Source: a virus. From it: a DNA stretch of 64,000 nucleotides. The position numbers and the translations under genes are program-made. The stretch is taken from the IMG/VR virus record IMGVR_UViG_3300021964_000013; one strand, given 5' to 3'. This document shows positions 26,931 through 36,140 of this stretch, piece after piece (positions within the stretch are counted from its first letter, which is position 1; every line of letters begins with the position of its first letter). The notes beneath the pieces are model-generated. The model ran no database searches. It worked only from the letters and a program-made list of their open reading frames with translations, and was not told the DNA's origin.

Positions 26931-27104
26931 ATGAAAACAAACTACGAAACCCAAAGAACAGTAGAAGGACGAGAAACTATTACTGAGATAGCTCGTTACG
27001 CGGCAAAGAACATGCTACGTACTAAAGGTAAATCAGATCACTACGCGAAAATCGTAGACGCTTGTAAAAGCGATCTAGCTACATACGGTTTTGAGCAAGA
27101 TTGA
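26931..27104 (+). CDS. Cassette 10 (57 aa; not in ORF track)
   Basis: MKTNYETQRTVEGRETITEIARYAAKNMLRTKGKSDHYAKIVDACKSDLATYGFEQD. Confidence 0.6.
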   Translation: MKTNYETQRTVEGRETITEIARYAAKNMLRTKGKSDHYAKIVDACKSDLATYGFEQD

Positions 27105-27229
27105 TATACTACTAGCAATATTAGTTGTAGTACCTTGGAATGCTTATCTTATATACAAGATGAGGAAAGACCGCACAGACTAAATACGATGCGGTACATA
27201 TAATAACAGTGTAATTTAATTATATCCAA

Positions 27230-28090
27230 TTGAGACAACTCAAAATTCAACAGCAGATTACGGTCCGAGAATCGAAATCTGTTACTTCCTATTTCAACGA
27301 TATCAACAAAGAGCCAATGGTTGAGCCAGACGAAGAGTCTGATTTAGCTATTAAAATTCAGCAAGGCGATAAAGCAGCTCTTCAAAGACTTATAAAAGCA
27401 AACCTCAGATTCGTAGTATCAGTTGCAAAGCAATACCAAAACAAAGGCTTAAATCTTGAAGACTTGATTAGTGAGGGTAATATAGGTTTAGTTAAAGCAG
27501 CAGAACGTTTTGATCACACTAAAGGCTTTAAGTTTATATCTTACGCAGTGTGGTGGATTAGACAATCTATAATGCACGCGCTTGGTGAATATAGTAGGCA
27601 AATACGTCTACCACAAAATCAAATAGGTCTGCTACGTAAAATCAATAGTGAAGTTATAGAGTTTATGCAACTCTATGATAGAGAGCCAACACCACACGAG
27701 TTGTCAGAAAAAATAGGCGAACCTATAGATAAAATCGAGTTTCTACTAAACAGTAATTTCAACGCTTCTAGCCTAGATGCTCCTTTAAGTAATGGTAGTA
27801 GTGATGATTTTAGTATGCACAATATACTTTCGTCAACCATAGAAACAGATAAGGAAGTGATGAGGCAGTCTTTATCCACTGATATCAACAAGATATTAGA
27901 CGAGTTACCTGAAAGACAGGCTTATATACTGAAGCGTACGTTTGGCATAGGTTGTGCTCACGCAGAAACTCTAGATGAGATAGGCGAAGAGCTAGGCATA
28001 AGCAGAGAACGTGTTCGTCAGATCAAAGACACAACAATTAGAAAAATAAAAGGCAAAGGTTGGGATAAAATTTTAATAGAATACTTATGA
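27230..28090 (+). CDS. RNA polymerase sigma factor, Bacteroidota RpoD/SigA-like (TTG start)
   Basis: MRQLKI, ANLRFVVSVAKQYQ, DLISEGNIGL..AAERFD.TKGFKFISYAVWWIRQSI, SRERVRQI. Confidence 0.95.
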   Translation: MRQLKIQQQITVRESKSVTSYFNDINKEPMVEPDEESDLAIKIQQGDKAALQRLIKANLRFVVSVAKQYQNKGLNLEDLISEGNIGLVKAAERFDHTKGFKFISYAVWWIRQSIMHALGEYSRQIRLPQNQIGLLRKINSEVIEFMQLYDREPTPHELSEKIGEPIDKIEFLLNSNFNASSLDAPLSNGSSDDFSMHNILSSTIETDKEVMRQSLSTDINKILDELPERQAYILKRTFGIGCAHAETLDEIGEELGISRERVRQIKDTTIRKIKGKGWDKILIEYL

Positions 28091-28701
28091 TAAATCTTTT
28101 AACTCAAAACCGTAAGCTAGTAAAAACAAGCAAGCTTTCTGGTTTTCGTGTAGTAAATTTCGGTATACCTGCTTACAAATCCACTACTGGTAAAGTGACA
28201 TGTCCATTTGCCGACGAATGTATAAAGTACTGCTACGCGCGCAAGGGCGCATTTAAATGGCCGAACGCTATCAACGCATACGAAAACAGATTACGTATTG
28301 CTAGAAGCCCCGATTTTGAGTCTCTGATGAACTCTTCAATCACATTAAACAATCCGCACTATGTTCGTGTCCATGATTCAGGCGATTACTTTTCAAAGCG
28401 TTATTTAGAGCGATGGTTTAACATTATGCGTAGCCATCCAAGTATTCGTTTTTACTCCTACACTAATAGTGTGTTATTAATGAAGCAATATAGTACTGAT
28501 ATGCCTCATAATTTCGACTTTATACTAAGTACCGATGGTAAACAACGCGAGCACGTAGATAAAGAAAACGATCGCCACGCGGTTATATTCAACACAGTTG
28601 AAGAATTAGAAGCTGCAGGTTATGTCAACGCCTCAGAAAACGATTTGCTAGCAACACGCTGGTTAAGCGACAATAAAAAAGTTGGTCTTATAAAACACTA
28701 A
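28087..28701 (+). CDS. Gene product 88 (GP88)-like protein
   Basis: CPFAxxCxxYCYA, VRVHDSGD and FYSYT motifs. Confidence 0.75.
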   Translation: MINLLTQNRKLVKTSKLSGFRVVNFGIPAYKSTTGKVTCPFADECIKYCYARKGAFKWPNAINAYENRLRIARSPDFESLMNSSITLNNPHYVRVHDSGDYFSKRYLERWFNIMRSHPSIRFYSYTNSVLLMKQYSTDMPHNFDFILSTDGKQREHVDKENDRHAVIFNTVEELEAAGYVNASENDLLATRWLSDNKKVGLIKH

Positions 28702-28707
28702 ACATCC

Positions 28708-28956
28708 ATGACAAGAGAAGAAATGCAAGAGCTAGCTAGGCTAGTTGTAAAGTATATGTTTGAAGAGATAGACTCTCAATCTAAAGCCAACGATAACCTA
28801 TTACGAGATATTATAGACAAAGACGATATCATCAAAGAGATCGAGCGCTTACAACATTTAGTGTTAGAGTGCGAGAAATCAGAGTCTTATGAAGAAGCTA
28901 TATTGTATATGGATAAAATAACAGCACTTGAAAATCTATTAAAATCTAAATTATGA
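28708..28956 (+). CDS. Hypothetical protein with UVR-like C-terminal coiled coil
   Basis: 'E.YEEA..Y.DKI..L'. Confidence 0.5.
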   Translation: MTREEMQELARLVVKYMFEEIDSQSKANDNLLRDIIDKDDIIKEIERLQHLVLECEKSESYEEAILYMDKITALENLLKSKL

Positions 28957-29165
28957 TAAAGATATTTTTAAGAAAAAGACGGCATGTTAGATTTGTACAT
29001 AGCCGCTTATATGATCTTAAGTATGAGATTCTTAACAAGTCATTGAAAATGACAGAAATTAAAGATGAGGATTTAGGCCATTTACTTGATGAGTTTCAAA
29101 CTATACAAAGTAAAGCTAGGCTATTTAAGAAGTATCAAAGACGTTTAAAATTGTTACGATTCTAA
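28953..29165 (+). CDS. Basic hypothetical protein
   Basis: ORF track. Confidence 0.55.
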   Translation: MIKIFLRKRRHVRFVHSRLYDLKYEILNKSLKMTEIKDEDLGHLLDEFQTIQSKARLFKKYQRRLKLLRF

Positions 29166-29168
29166 TAG

Positions 29169-29215
29169 TGTGACAATAGGGTGTTAATAGTAACTAGTAG
29201 GGGGCTAATGTCACA
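29169..29215. promoter_or_regulatory. Inverted repeat overlapping the HTH gene start (operator- or origin-like)
   Basis: TGTGACAATAG-N25-CTAATGTCACA, one mismatch. Confidence 0.5.
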
Positions 29216-29825
29216 TTCCAGATTGGATAGGCTTAATAGAATGAAGGTCGTATATCGTAAAGACCCTCACTCAGATAAACCAACAGAGGTTTACTGGTGG
29301 GGTAAGTTTTATGAATATGGTACACACCAATGCTTCGATCTATTTCGTAGTAAGGCTAAAATAACTACGTATAAGTCTTTAAAATGGCACAGCATCGTAC
29401 TTCGTTATCTTAATCAAGAGATGTCTGAAGATAATTTTAAGGATGTTTTATTTTACGTAGGTAATCCTTTAAATGATTTCATTACATTTGAGATAAGCGA
29501 GAATATTGTAAATGAGTTAATTACGGACTTACGTGGTTACGATTTAAGAATAGCACCAAAAAACAAATCAAGGAAAATTATATTTAATGACGGTGTCCCG
29601 CTTAGCATTAGTGAAAAGCTGAAAATCGTAGGTAGCTTAATCGGTAGAGGTAAACGCTTTACTGAAGAAGACATCTACGAGTCGATGCTATACATCCATG
29701 CTAACGGCGACAAAATTACGGTGAGAAAGATCGCGAGTACACTTGGTTGCTCAGATAGGACGATACATCGTAATATGAGTGATCAATTGAAAAATGAAAA
29801 AGATTTACTCAATGCGTCATTATGA
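29208..29825 (+). CDS. C-terminal HTH DNA-binding protein
   Basis: 'KITVRKIASTLGCSDRTIHRN'; start reassigned to ATG 29208. Confidence 0.7.
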   Translation: MSHSRLDRLNRMKVVYRKDPHSDKPTEVYWWGKFYEYGTHQCFDLFRSKAKITTYKSLKWHSIVLRYLNQEMSEDNFKDVLFYVGNPLNDFITFEISENIVNELITDLRGYDLRIAPKNKSRKIIFNDGVPLSISEKLKIVGSLIGRGKRFTEEDIYESMLYIHANGDKITVRKIASTLGCSDRTIHRNMSDQLKNEKDLLNASL

Positions 29826-30580
29826 AAAAATACAACCCGCGTACTTACTCCTCTTATAAAGAGAGTGTAAACGCAGCTAAAGCTAGGATAAGAAAAGAAA
29901 CACTAGCTAACTTAAACAGAGATGAAGTAATCACGATGTACCTACCTCTAGTCGAAAATCTCGCCAGAAAGTTCTCAACAAGCCAGCAAGCAAGCGGCGT
30001 GATGAGTCTAAATGATATGATACAAGAAGGTTCTATCGGCCTTATAATGTCATATGATACTATCAAGTGGGACAAGATTAAAGAAAGCCCAGATCCAGAA
30101 CGTACAATAAGATCTTTCTTTTCCAAAAGAATAAAAGGCGCGATTCGCAGAGCGATAGATAAAAACAGAGGTGATATACGTATACCAGAACATAAGCTAA
30201 ACGAGATTCGTAAAGACAACGGAAAAGACAAAAAGCTTATGCAGATGTTCTTTAACAGTATATTCTTGTCTATAGATGAGAAAGTAGAAAACGATGAAGA
30301 ATATGCACATCAAGTAATTGACACATCTAAGCCGTATACAATAAATAAGATAAACGACTACCTCATGGATCTCATGTCTAGAGTATTAGAAGAAAGAGAG
30401 TATGAGGTAATAAGGTTGTCTTACGGTTTAGACTGCGATAAGCATTCTGCAAAACAAATAGCTGAGATCGTCGGCATTAACGTTGATACCGCGCACGTAC
30501 GTGTGTCTCAGATTAAACGTAACGCACTGGAAAAATTAATGCAACGCGTAGATCGAAACATGTTATTGGAGTTCATGTAA
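29822..30580 (+). CDS. Divergent sigma-70 family factor
   Basis: YLPLVENLARKF, DMIQEG.IGL, IRIPEH and a region-4 'RVSQIK..AL.KL'. Confidence 0.85.
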   Translation: MKKYNPRTYSSYKESVNAAKARIRKETLANLNRDEVITMYLPLVENLARKFSTSQQASGVMSLNDMIQEGSIGLIMSYDTIKWDKIKESPDPERTIRSFFSKRIKGAIRRAIDKNRGDIRIPEHKLNEIRKDNGKDKKLMQMFFNSIFLSIDEKVENDEEYAHQVIDTSKPYTINKINDYLMDLMSRVLEEREYEVIRLSYGLDCDKHSAKQIAEIVGINVDTAHVRVSQIKRNALEKLMQRVDRNMLLEFM

Positions 30581-30593
30581 TTAAAAAACCAAA

Positions 30594-30667
30594 GCGCTTG
30601 TAGCTCAGCTGGATAGAGCATCTGCCTTCTAAGCAGACGGTCATAGGTTCGAATCCTATCAGGCGTA
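30594..30667 (+). tRNA. tRNA-Arg(TCT)
   Basis: Cloverleaf with acceptor GCGCTTG/CAGGCGT, anticodon arm TCTGC-CTTCTAA-GCAGA and GGTTCGAATCC T-loop; CCA is not encoded. Confidence 0.95.
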
Positions 30668-30683
30668 CTAAAATTAATAAATT

Positions 30684-31151
30684 ATGAAGTTAGAAGTTTT
30701 AAGATTTAGTAGTGAAAAAGACAGTACAAATGGGTTATTATTCGATGTCTCAGACGGGCGTTCATTCCTTTGTTACACCCTTGAAGACGAACACAGAGAC
30801 GAAAAAGTTATGGCTGAAACTAGAATCCCCGCAGGAACATACAGGATTACTCTCAGGACGACTGGAGGATTTCACGGAAGATATCTAAAAAAGTATGGCC
30901 AAGACTTTCACAAAGGAATGCTATGGGTACGCGATGTCCCTAATTTCGAGTATATTCTTATTCATACTGGTAATACTGATGAGCACACTGCTGGGTGTCT
31001 TATTGTTGGTGACAGTCAACAGGCCAATTTTGGCGAAAGCGATGGTTTTATTGGATCAAGCAATGCGGCTTATAAAAGAATATATCCTGCTATTGCTCAA
31101 GCACTTACGTCAGGTGAAGAAGTCGAAATAACATATATCGACTACGATTAA
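30684..31151 (+). CDS. DUF5675 family protein (possible cell-wall enzyme)
   Basis: CYTLE, TRIPAGTY and ILIHxGN...TxGCLIVG motifs. Confidence 0.75.
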   Translation: MKLEVLRFSSEKDSTNGLLFDVSDGRSFLCYTLEDEHRDEKVMAETRIPAGTYRITLRTTGGFHGRYLKKYGQDFHKGMLWVRDVPNFEYILIHTGNTDEHTAGCLIVGDSQQANFGESDGFIGSSNAAYKRIYPAIAQALTSGEEVEITYIDYD

Positions 31152-31205
31152 TTCTTCGAATTATTTTTGTATATTTATATTATAAAACAGTTAAATCAAA
31201 ATTCC

Positions 31206-31730
31206 ATGGGTAAATTACATGAGAAGTTATCTGCTATCCAGCAGGACTTTAAATCCAAAAAAAGCCGTTACAACAGTTTCGGAAAGTACAACTACAGAAG
31301 TGCTGAAGACATTCTTGAAGCACTAAAACCAGTCAATCTTGAATGGAATGTGTATTTCACGATTACAGAAGAGTTTATACCTGGTCAAGTACCTGTTATA
31401 GTATCTACCGCTACGATCTCTGATGGCGTAGATGAAATCTCAGCTAAAGCGGTTGTTGGTGTTGATCTACTACAAAAAGGTATGCAAACACCACAAGCAT
31501 TTGGCTCTGCAAGCTCTTACGGCAAAAAGTATGCATTGGGTAACTTACTACTCATTGATGACACCGCCGATGCAGATGCTACAAATAATCATAGCAAAAC
31601 AAAGCCTGAATTAAAAGGCGATGATCTAGAAAAAGCAAAAAGTTACATTAAGAATGGTGGTAGCGTAGCTGCTATCAAGTCTAAGTACAGCTTATCGAAA
31701 GAAGTAGAACAACAACTCGCAACACTCTAA
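31206..31730 (+). CDS. ERF family ssDNA-annealing protein
   Basis: YxYRSAEDILEALKP and Q..GSASSYxKKYALxxLL.IDD..DAD. Confidence 0.9.
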   Translation: MGKLHEKLSAIQQDFKSKKSRYNSFGKYNYRSAEDILEALKPVNLEWNVYFTITEEFIPGQVPVIVSTATISDGVDEISAKAVVGVDLLQKGMQTPQAFGSASSYGKKYALGNLLLIDDTADADATNNHSKTKPELKGDDLEKAKSYIKNGGSVAAIKSKYSLSKEVEQQLATL

Positions 31731-31731
31731 G

Positions 31732-32472
31732 ATGACAAGAGAGGAAATAATCAACAAGTTAGACAAAGACGAACACTACTACGGTGAGTTTGGGCGTCAG
31801 TACTTAAGTAATTCAGATATCAAGACGTTGTTATCTAATCCACTAATGTTCAAGCAGCAAACCGAAAAAACTGTTCCAATGCTAATTGGTGGTTATTTCC
31901 ATACTCTTGTTTTAGAACCCGAGAAGTTAAAGTCCTTCAAAGTTATAGAGTCATCAACTCGCAATACTAAAATGTATAAAGAGATAAGCGAAGGTGAGTT
32001 ATGCATGCTTCAGAAAGAAGCGGACATGTGTGAACTTATGTCAGAAGCTCTTCTTGAAAACACTGTTTGTAGAGAGATGATTAGAGGTACTGGTAACTCA
32101 AACATTGAGTACGAAGTACCTGGTATAAAAGAAGTTGAAGGCAAGATGTGGAAGGGTAAGGCTGATATACTCAACCATGATCTTGAACTAATTGTAGATA
32201 TTAAAACGACTTCTGACTTGAATAAGTTTAGAAAGTCCGCTTATACCTACAATTATGACTCACAGGCCTATATATACAAAAAGATGTTTGGTTATGATAT
32301 GGTATTTATAGCCATAGACAAAAACAACTATCAAATAGGCGTGTACGATTGCTCTGATAACTTTTTAATCAGTGGTCACGACAAGGTTGTTAGAGCTATC
32401 GAAGCGTATGAGTTGTTCTATGAGAACGACAATTTTGATCCTAAACAGTATTTTATTAACGAAACACTTTAA
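31732..32472 (+). CDS. PD-(D/E)XK exonuclease (RecE/DUF3799-like)
   Basis: LSNS, G..FH..VLEP, KGKAD...DIKTT and Y..QAYIY motifs. Confidence 0.85.
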   Translation: MTREEIINKLDKDEHYYGEFGRQYLSNSDIKTLLSNPLMFKQQTEKTVPMLIGGYFHTLVLEPEKLKSFKVIESSTRNTKMYKEISEGELCMLQKEADMCELMSEALLENTVCREMIRGTGNSNIEYEVPGIKEVEGKMWKGKADILNHDLELIVDIKTTSDLNKFRKSAYTYNYDSQAYIYKKMFGYDMVFIAIDKNNYQIGVYDCSDNFLISGHDKVVRAIEAYELFYENDNFDPKQYFINETL

Positions 32473-32476
32473 AACC

Positions 32477-32788
32477 ATGGCAGGTATTATTAAAGCGTCA
32501 ATTGACTTGACAAAAATCCCGAAAGAAAAAATAGTAGACGGGAAAAAAGGTAAGTACATCAATATCGTAGTTAACGTAAACAACGATGTAGATCAATTTG
32601 GTAACCAAGCGTCTGTTGTAGTAGACCAAACTAAGGATGAGCGTGCTGCTAAAGCAGCTAAGACGTACTTAGGTAATGGTAAGATCGTATGGTCAGATGG
32701 CCAATTTCCAGATCCAGCACCTTACGATAACTCACACAATGGTGCACCAAAACCAGTAGCACAACCAGCGGACGACTTGCCATTCTAA
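32477..32788 (+). CDS. Single-stranded DNA-binding protein (putative)
   Basis: Follows ERF and the exonuclease; acidic DDLPF tail; start reassigned. Confidence 0.7.
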   Translation: MAGIIKASIDLTKIPKEKIVDGKKGKYINIVVNVNNDVDQFGNQASVVVDQTKDERAAKAAKTYLGNGKIVWSDGQFPDPAPYDNSHNGAPKPVAQPADDLPF

Positions 32789-32791
32789 TAA

Positions 32792-34504
32792 ATGCAAGTA
32801 CATACGACCGAGATTAACGGATTTGAAATCAATGAATTCAACCGTTATAATCTTGAGACCGGTAAGACACAGGGGGTTTGTCCTCTGTGCTCTGCCGATC
32901 GAAAGAAAGAGAATCAGAAGAAAGCTTGTGCTTCTTATGATTGGGAACGCGGTCTCGGAACTTGCCACAATTGCAACGAAACATTCCAACTACACACTTT
33001 TAAGCGTAAAGGTTCTGCAACAAAGGTCTATGTAAGACCTGAGCCAGAACAAATAAGCCCAGTAAGTGAAAAAGTTGAGACCTGGTTTAGCAAAAGAGGT
33101 ATAAGTGTCAACACCTTGAGTAACTTAAAAGTTACATCTGGTGATGAGTTTATGCCTCAAACAGGTAAGACCGAGAGCGTAATAAAGTTTAACTACTTCA
33201 TAGCCAGTGCTTTAATAAACATAAAGTACCGAGACGGCCGTAAGAACTTTAAACTTTATAAAGGCGCTGAGAAGGTATTCTACAATCTAGACAGCATAGC
33301 TAATACCAACGAGTGTGTTATAGTTGAGGGCGAAATGGACGTTCTCAGTTTACACGAAGCGGGTATTAAAAACGTTGTGTCAGTGCCTAATGGCGCTACA
33401 ATTGGAAATAATAACCTTGATTACCTTGATAACTGTATTGATTACTTTGTTGACAAGGAGAAGATTATTATTGCCGTAGACAACGACGAAGCTGGCCAAG
33501 CGTTACAAGCAGAACTTGTACGTAGACTAGGTGCTGAAGTATGTTACATAGCGGATTTTGAACCCTGCAAGGATGCTAATGAGTACTTAATTAAGTACAC
33601 GCCAGAGGAATTAGCAGAGGTTATAACAAAAGCCAAACCTGTACCGTTAGAAAACGTAACAACATTTAGAGACATTGAAGATGATGTCATAGACTTTGTT
33701 GAGAACGGTTTTAAACCTGGGTACCAAGTGGGTTTAGATAACTTTGATAACATATTCAGTACTTATACAGGTCAGTTTATAACCGTAACTGGTATACCGT
33801 CAAGCGGTAAATCAGACTGGGTAGATCAAATGTGTGTTGGTTACAACCGTAACTATGGTTGGAAAACAGCATACGCGTCACCGGAAAACACTCCTACATA
33901 CCTACACGCTCACAAGCTTGTAAGAAAACTATGGGGTGGTATGCCTCAAAGAGCAGACGTTGGTTCAGAAAACTGGAAAAGAGTTACTGAGCATGTCAAC
34001 GACAACTTCTTTTTTATAGATATGGAGAGATATAGCCTTGATTCTATATTAAAAAAAGGAGCTGAGCTTGTTAAGCGAAAAGGTATAAAATGCTTAGTAA
34101 TTGACCCTTACAATAAAGTAAGAGACCTCAGCGGTAACATGAGTGACGTAAACATGTATACGATGGAGTACTTGACAAAAATCGAGATCTTCGCAAAAAA
34201 GTATGATGTTTTAGTTATCATTGTAGCTCACCCAACTAAAATGTACAAAGACCAACAGGGTAATATTGAAGAACCCACTATGTACAATATTAAAGGAGGT
34301 GGTGAATGGTACGACGCGAGTTATCACGGTTTGCTAGTACACAGGAACTACGAGCTAAAAACAGTTAAGGTTAAAGTACTGAAGGTAAAATTTCAGAATT
34401 TGGGTGAAAATGGCGCTGAGGCACACTTCAAGTGGGAGGCGAACTCAGGCCTGTATCAACCAATGCCTGATATAAATGAGCAAGCACTTCCTTGGGAAAG
34501 TTAA
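32792..34504 (+). CDS. DNA primase-helicase (T7 gp4/Twinkle-like)
   Basis: Zn finger CPLC...CHNC, TOPRIM EGEMD/DND, Walker A GIPSSGKS, VIDP and AHP. Confidence 0.93.
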   Translation: MQVHTTEINGFEINEFNRYNLETGKTQGVCPLCSADRKKENQKKACASYDWERGLGTCHNCNETFQLHTFKRKGSATKVYVRPEPEQISPVSEKVETWFSKRGISVNTLSNLKVTSGDEFMPQTGKTESVIKFNYFIASALINIKYRDGRKNFKLYKGAEKVFYNLDSIANTNECVIVEGEMDVLSLHEAGIKNVVSVPNGATIGNNNLDYLDNCIDYFVDKEKIIIAVDNDEAGQALQAELVRRLGAEVCYIADFEPCKDANEYLIKYTPEELAEVITKAKPVPLENVTTFRDIEDDVIDFVENGFKPGYQVGLDNFDNIFSTYTGQFITVTGIPSSGKSDWVDQMCVGYNRNYGWKTAYASPENTPTYLHAHKLVRKLWGGMPQRADVGSENWKRVTEHVNDNFFFIDMERYSLDSILKKGAELVKRKGIKCLVIDPYNKVRDLSGNMSDVNMYTMEYLTKIEIFAKKYDVLVIIVAHPTKMYKDQQGNIEEPTMYNIKGGGEWYDASYHGLLVHRNYELKTVKVKVLKVKFQNLGENGAEAHFKWEANSGLYQPMPDINEQALPWES

Positions 34505-34505
34505 C

Positions 34506-34727
34506 ATGGGTACATACGAATTTACAGCAGCAGAATATAACGCTAGAACTTGGTGCAACAAGAATAACATTTGGATGACACCAGTTGCTAAGAATACTAA
34601 ACAATGGTATATCGAAGTTAGGGTTAATGGTGATTCGCGTATGTCGCCAGTTACTTACGGTAAAGACGAAATATGGAGAAAATGTTTTGAATTCTACATG
34701 TTCTACTACAAAAAACTAAACAAATGA
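34506..34727 (+). CDS. Hypothetical protein
   Basis: ORF track; start reassigned. Confidence 0.55.
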   Translation: MGTYEFTAAEYNARTWCNKNNIWMTPVAKNTKQWYIEVRVNGDSRMSPVTYGKDEIWRKCFEFYMFYYKKLNK

Positions 34728-35368
34728 AAGACAGATTTTGGGACGCTAACGAAGCGTTTGAGTACTACTTGGATAAAATACGGCAGTTTGGCTGGAAAAC
34801 AGAGGTTGGTACTAAAAAAATAAGCAACGTTGGGTTTTATATAACCAATCCAGCTAAAAACGAAATAAAAACTCCAGAACGTAAATGGAGTAAAGAGTAT
34901 GCGGAAGCCGAATGGCAATGGTACTTATCCGGTGATCGTCAAGTATCTAAACTAGGCGAGATATATGGTAAAGTTCCAGTAATATGGCAAAAAATGGCCA
35001 ATAGCGTTGGTGATGTCAACTCGAATTATGGTTGGCAATGGCAACGCGAGCATCAAATTGATTATGTTGTATCAGAGCTTAAAGCAAACCCTAATAGTAG
35101 AAGAGCGGCTATAAGTATATACGATGGTAAAGAGTGGCCAACTTACAGAAAAGATACTCCCTGTACCTTTGCTATACACTTTTCCATTGCGTCGGGCCGC
35201 TTAAACATGACCGTTATGATGCGTTCTAATGATCTCTGGTTTGGTTTCTGTAACGATCAGTACTGTTTTTCAGAACTACAAAAATTAATAGCAGAGAGAC
35301 TGAGTATACCAATAGGTGAATACTACCACTTTGTATGCGACTTACACTTATATGAACAACACTTCTAA
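34724..35368 (+). CDS. thyA: Thymidylate synthase (short phage type)
   Basis: YG, SRRA, PC, MRSND..FG..ND and LHLY motifs. Confidence 0.85.
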   Translation: MKDRFWDANEAFEYYLDKIRQFGWKTEVGTKKISNVGFYITNPAKNEIKTPERKWSKEYAEAEWQWYLSGDRQVSKLGEIYGKVPVIWQKMANSVGDVNSNYGWQWQREHQIDYVVSELKANPNSRRAAISIYDGKEWPTYRKDTPCTFAIHFSIASGRLNMTVMMRSNDLWFGFCNDQYCFSELQKLIAERLSIPIGEYYHFVCDLHLYEQHF

Positions 35369-35372
35369 AATT

Positions 35373-36140
35373 ATGTATTATATTTATCATATACCTGGTA
35401 AAAAGATTGGCGTGGCGCGTAATCTTAAATACAGGGTAACGCTAATGCAGGGTTACAAGACCGGTGAATACGAAGTTCTTGATCAAAGTGAAGATATTGA
35501 TTACATATCTGACCGCGAGATAGAACTTCAAAAGGCTTATGGCTATAAGGTCGATCCTGTGCTTTATAAAAATCTTTTTAAATCATCTAAAACAACAAAA
35601 GCCATGATCACATTCAGTAGTCAAACAACGACGTTCCCATTCCCAAAGAAAGAACTAAGAACCAGTTTGGTACCATATATTGGACATATGTGGGAAACAG
35701 AAGACGGTTTATTAGAAATAAACAGTAAGACAATTGACTGGATCGCTAAAAACGCGTGTAAGTCGATGTTTAACGAGGATAAAAGTTATATTTATAATAA
35801 AGCATTTGCTGAGTACTTGCAAGAGCAAGAAAACGAAGGCATCGATATTTTTGATAACATACGCCAGTGGGCAAGCGAAAGAGGCTTGTACGACAAAGGT
35901 GATGTAAAGACGCAGTACGTAAAGTTAATGGAAGAAGCTGGCGAGCTCGCGCAATCTATTATCAAGAGTGATGATGCTGAGTTTATCGATGCTATTGGTG
36001 ACATTGTTGTGGTCTTAACTAATCTAGCTCACTTAGGTGGTGTCAAGATCGAAGACTGTATTCAATCTGCTTACAATGAGATTAGCAACAGAAAGGGCGC
36101 TATGGTTAATGGTTCATTCGTAAAACAAGAATCATTATGA
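35373..36140 (+). CDS. MazG-like NTP pyrophosphohydrolase with N-terminal GIY-YIG-like region
   Basis: KLMEEAGELA...DAIGD..VVL; N-terminal YYIYHI.GKKIG. Confidence 0.75.
   Translation: MYYIYHIPGKKIGVARNLKYRVTLMQGYKTGEYEVLDQSEDIDYISDREIELQKAYGYKVDPVLYKNLFKSSKTTKAMITFSSQTTTFPFPKKELRTSLVPYIGHMWETEDGLLEINSKTIDWIAKNACKSMFNEDKSYIYNKAFAEYLQEQENEGIDIFDNIRQWASERGLYDKGDVKTQYVKLMEEAGELAQSIIKSDDAEFIDAIGDIVVVLTNLAHLGGVKIEDCIQSAYNEISNRKGAMVNGSFVKQESL

Larger units (their letters stand above)
24851..26936 (+). repeat. Dispersed junction repeat AACCTTTAACACCAAAGAGAGATGAAA delimiting small gene cassettes (~10 copies)
   Basis: Copies at 24851, 25109, 25332, 25564, 25729 (degenerate), 25988/26011, 26206-26262 (split), 26475, 26675 and 26916. 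The 24851-24877 and 26475-26501 copies are identical over 27 nt. Confidence 0.9.

Noticed and set aside
24851-26936. CRISPR array
   Set aside because: The intervening segments are mostly ~170-290 nt open reading frames of uneven length, the repeats are degenerate and non-palindromic, and there are no cas genes.
24851-26936. Classical integron or diversity-generating retroelement
   Set aside because: No tyrosine integrase, attC structure or reverse transcriptase in the window; differences between paralogues are not adenine-specific.
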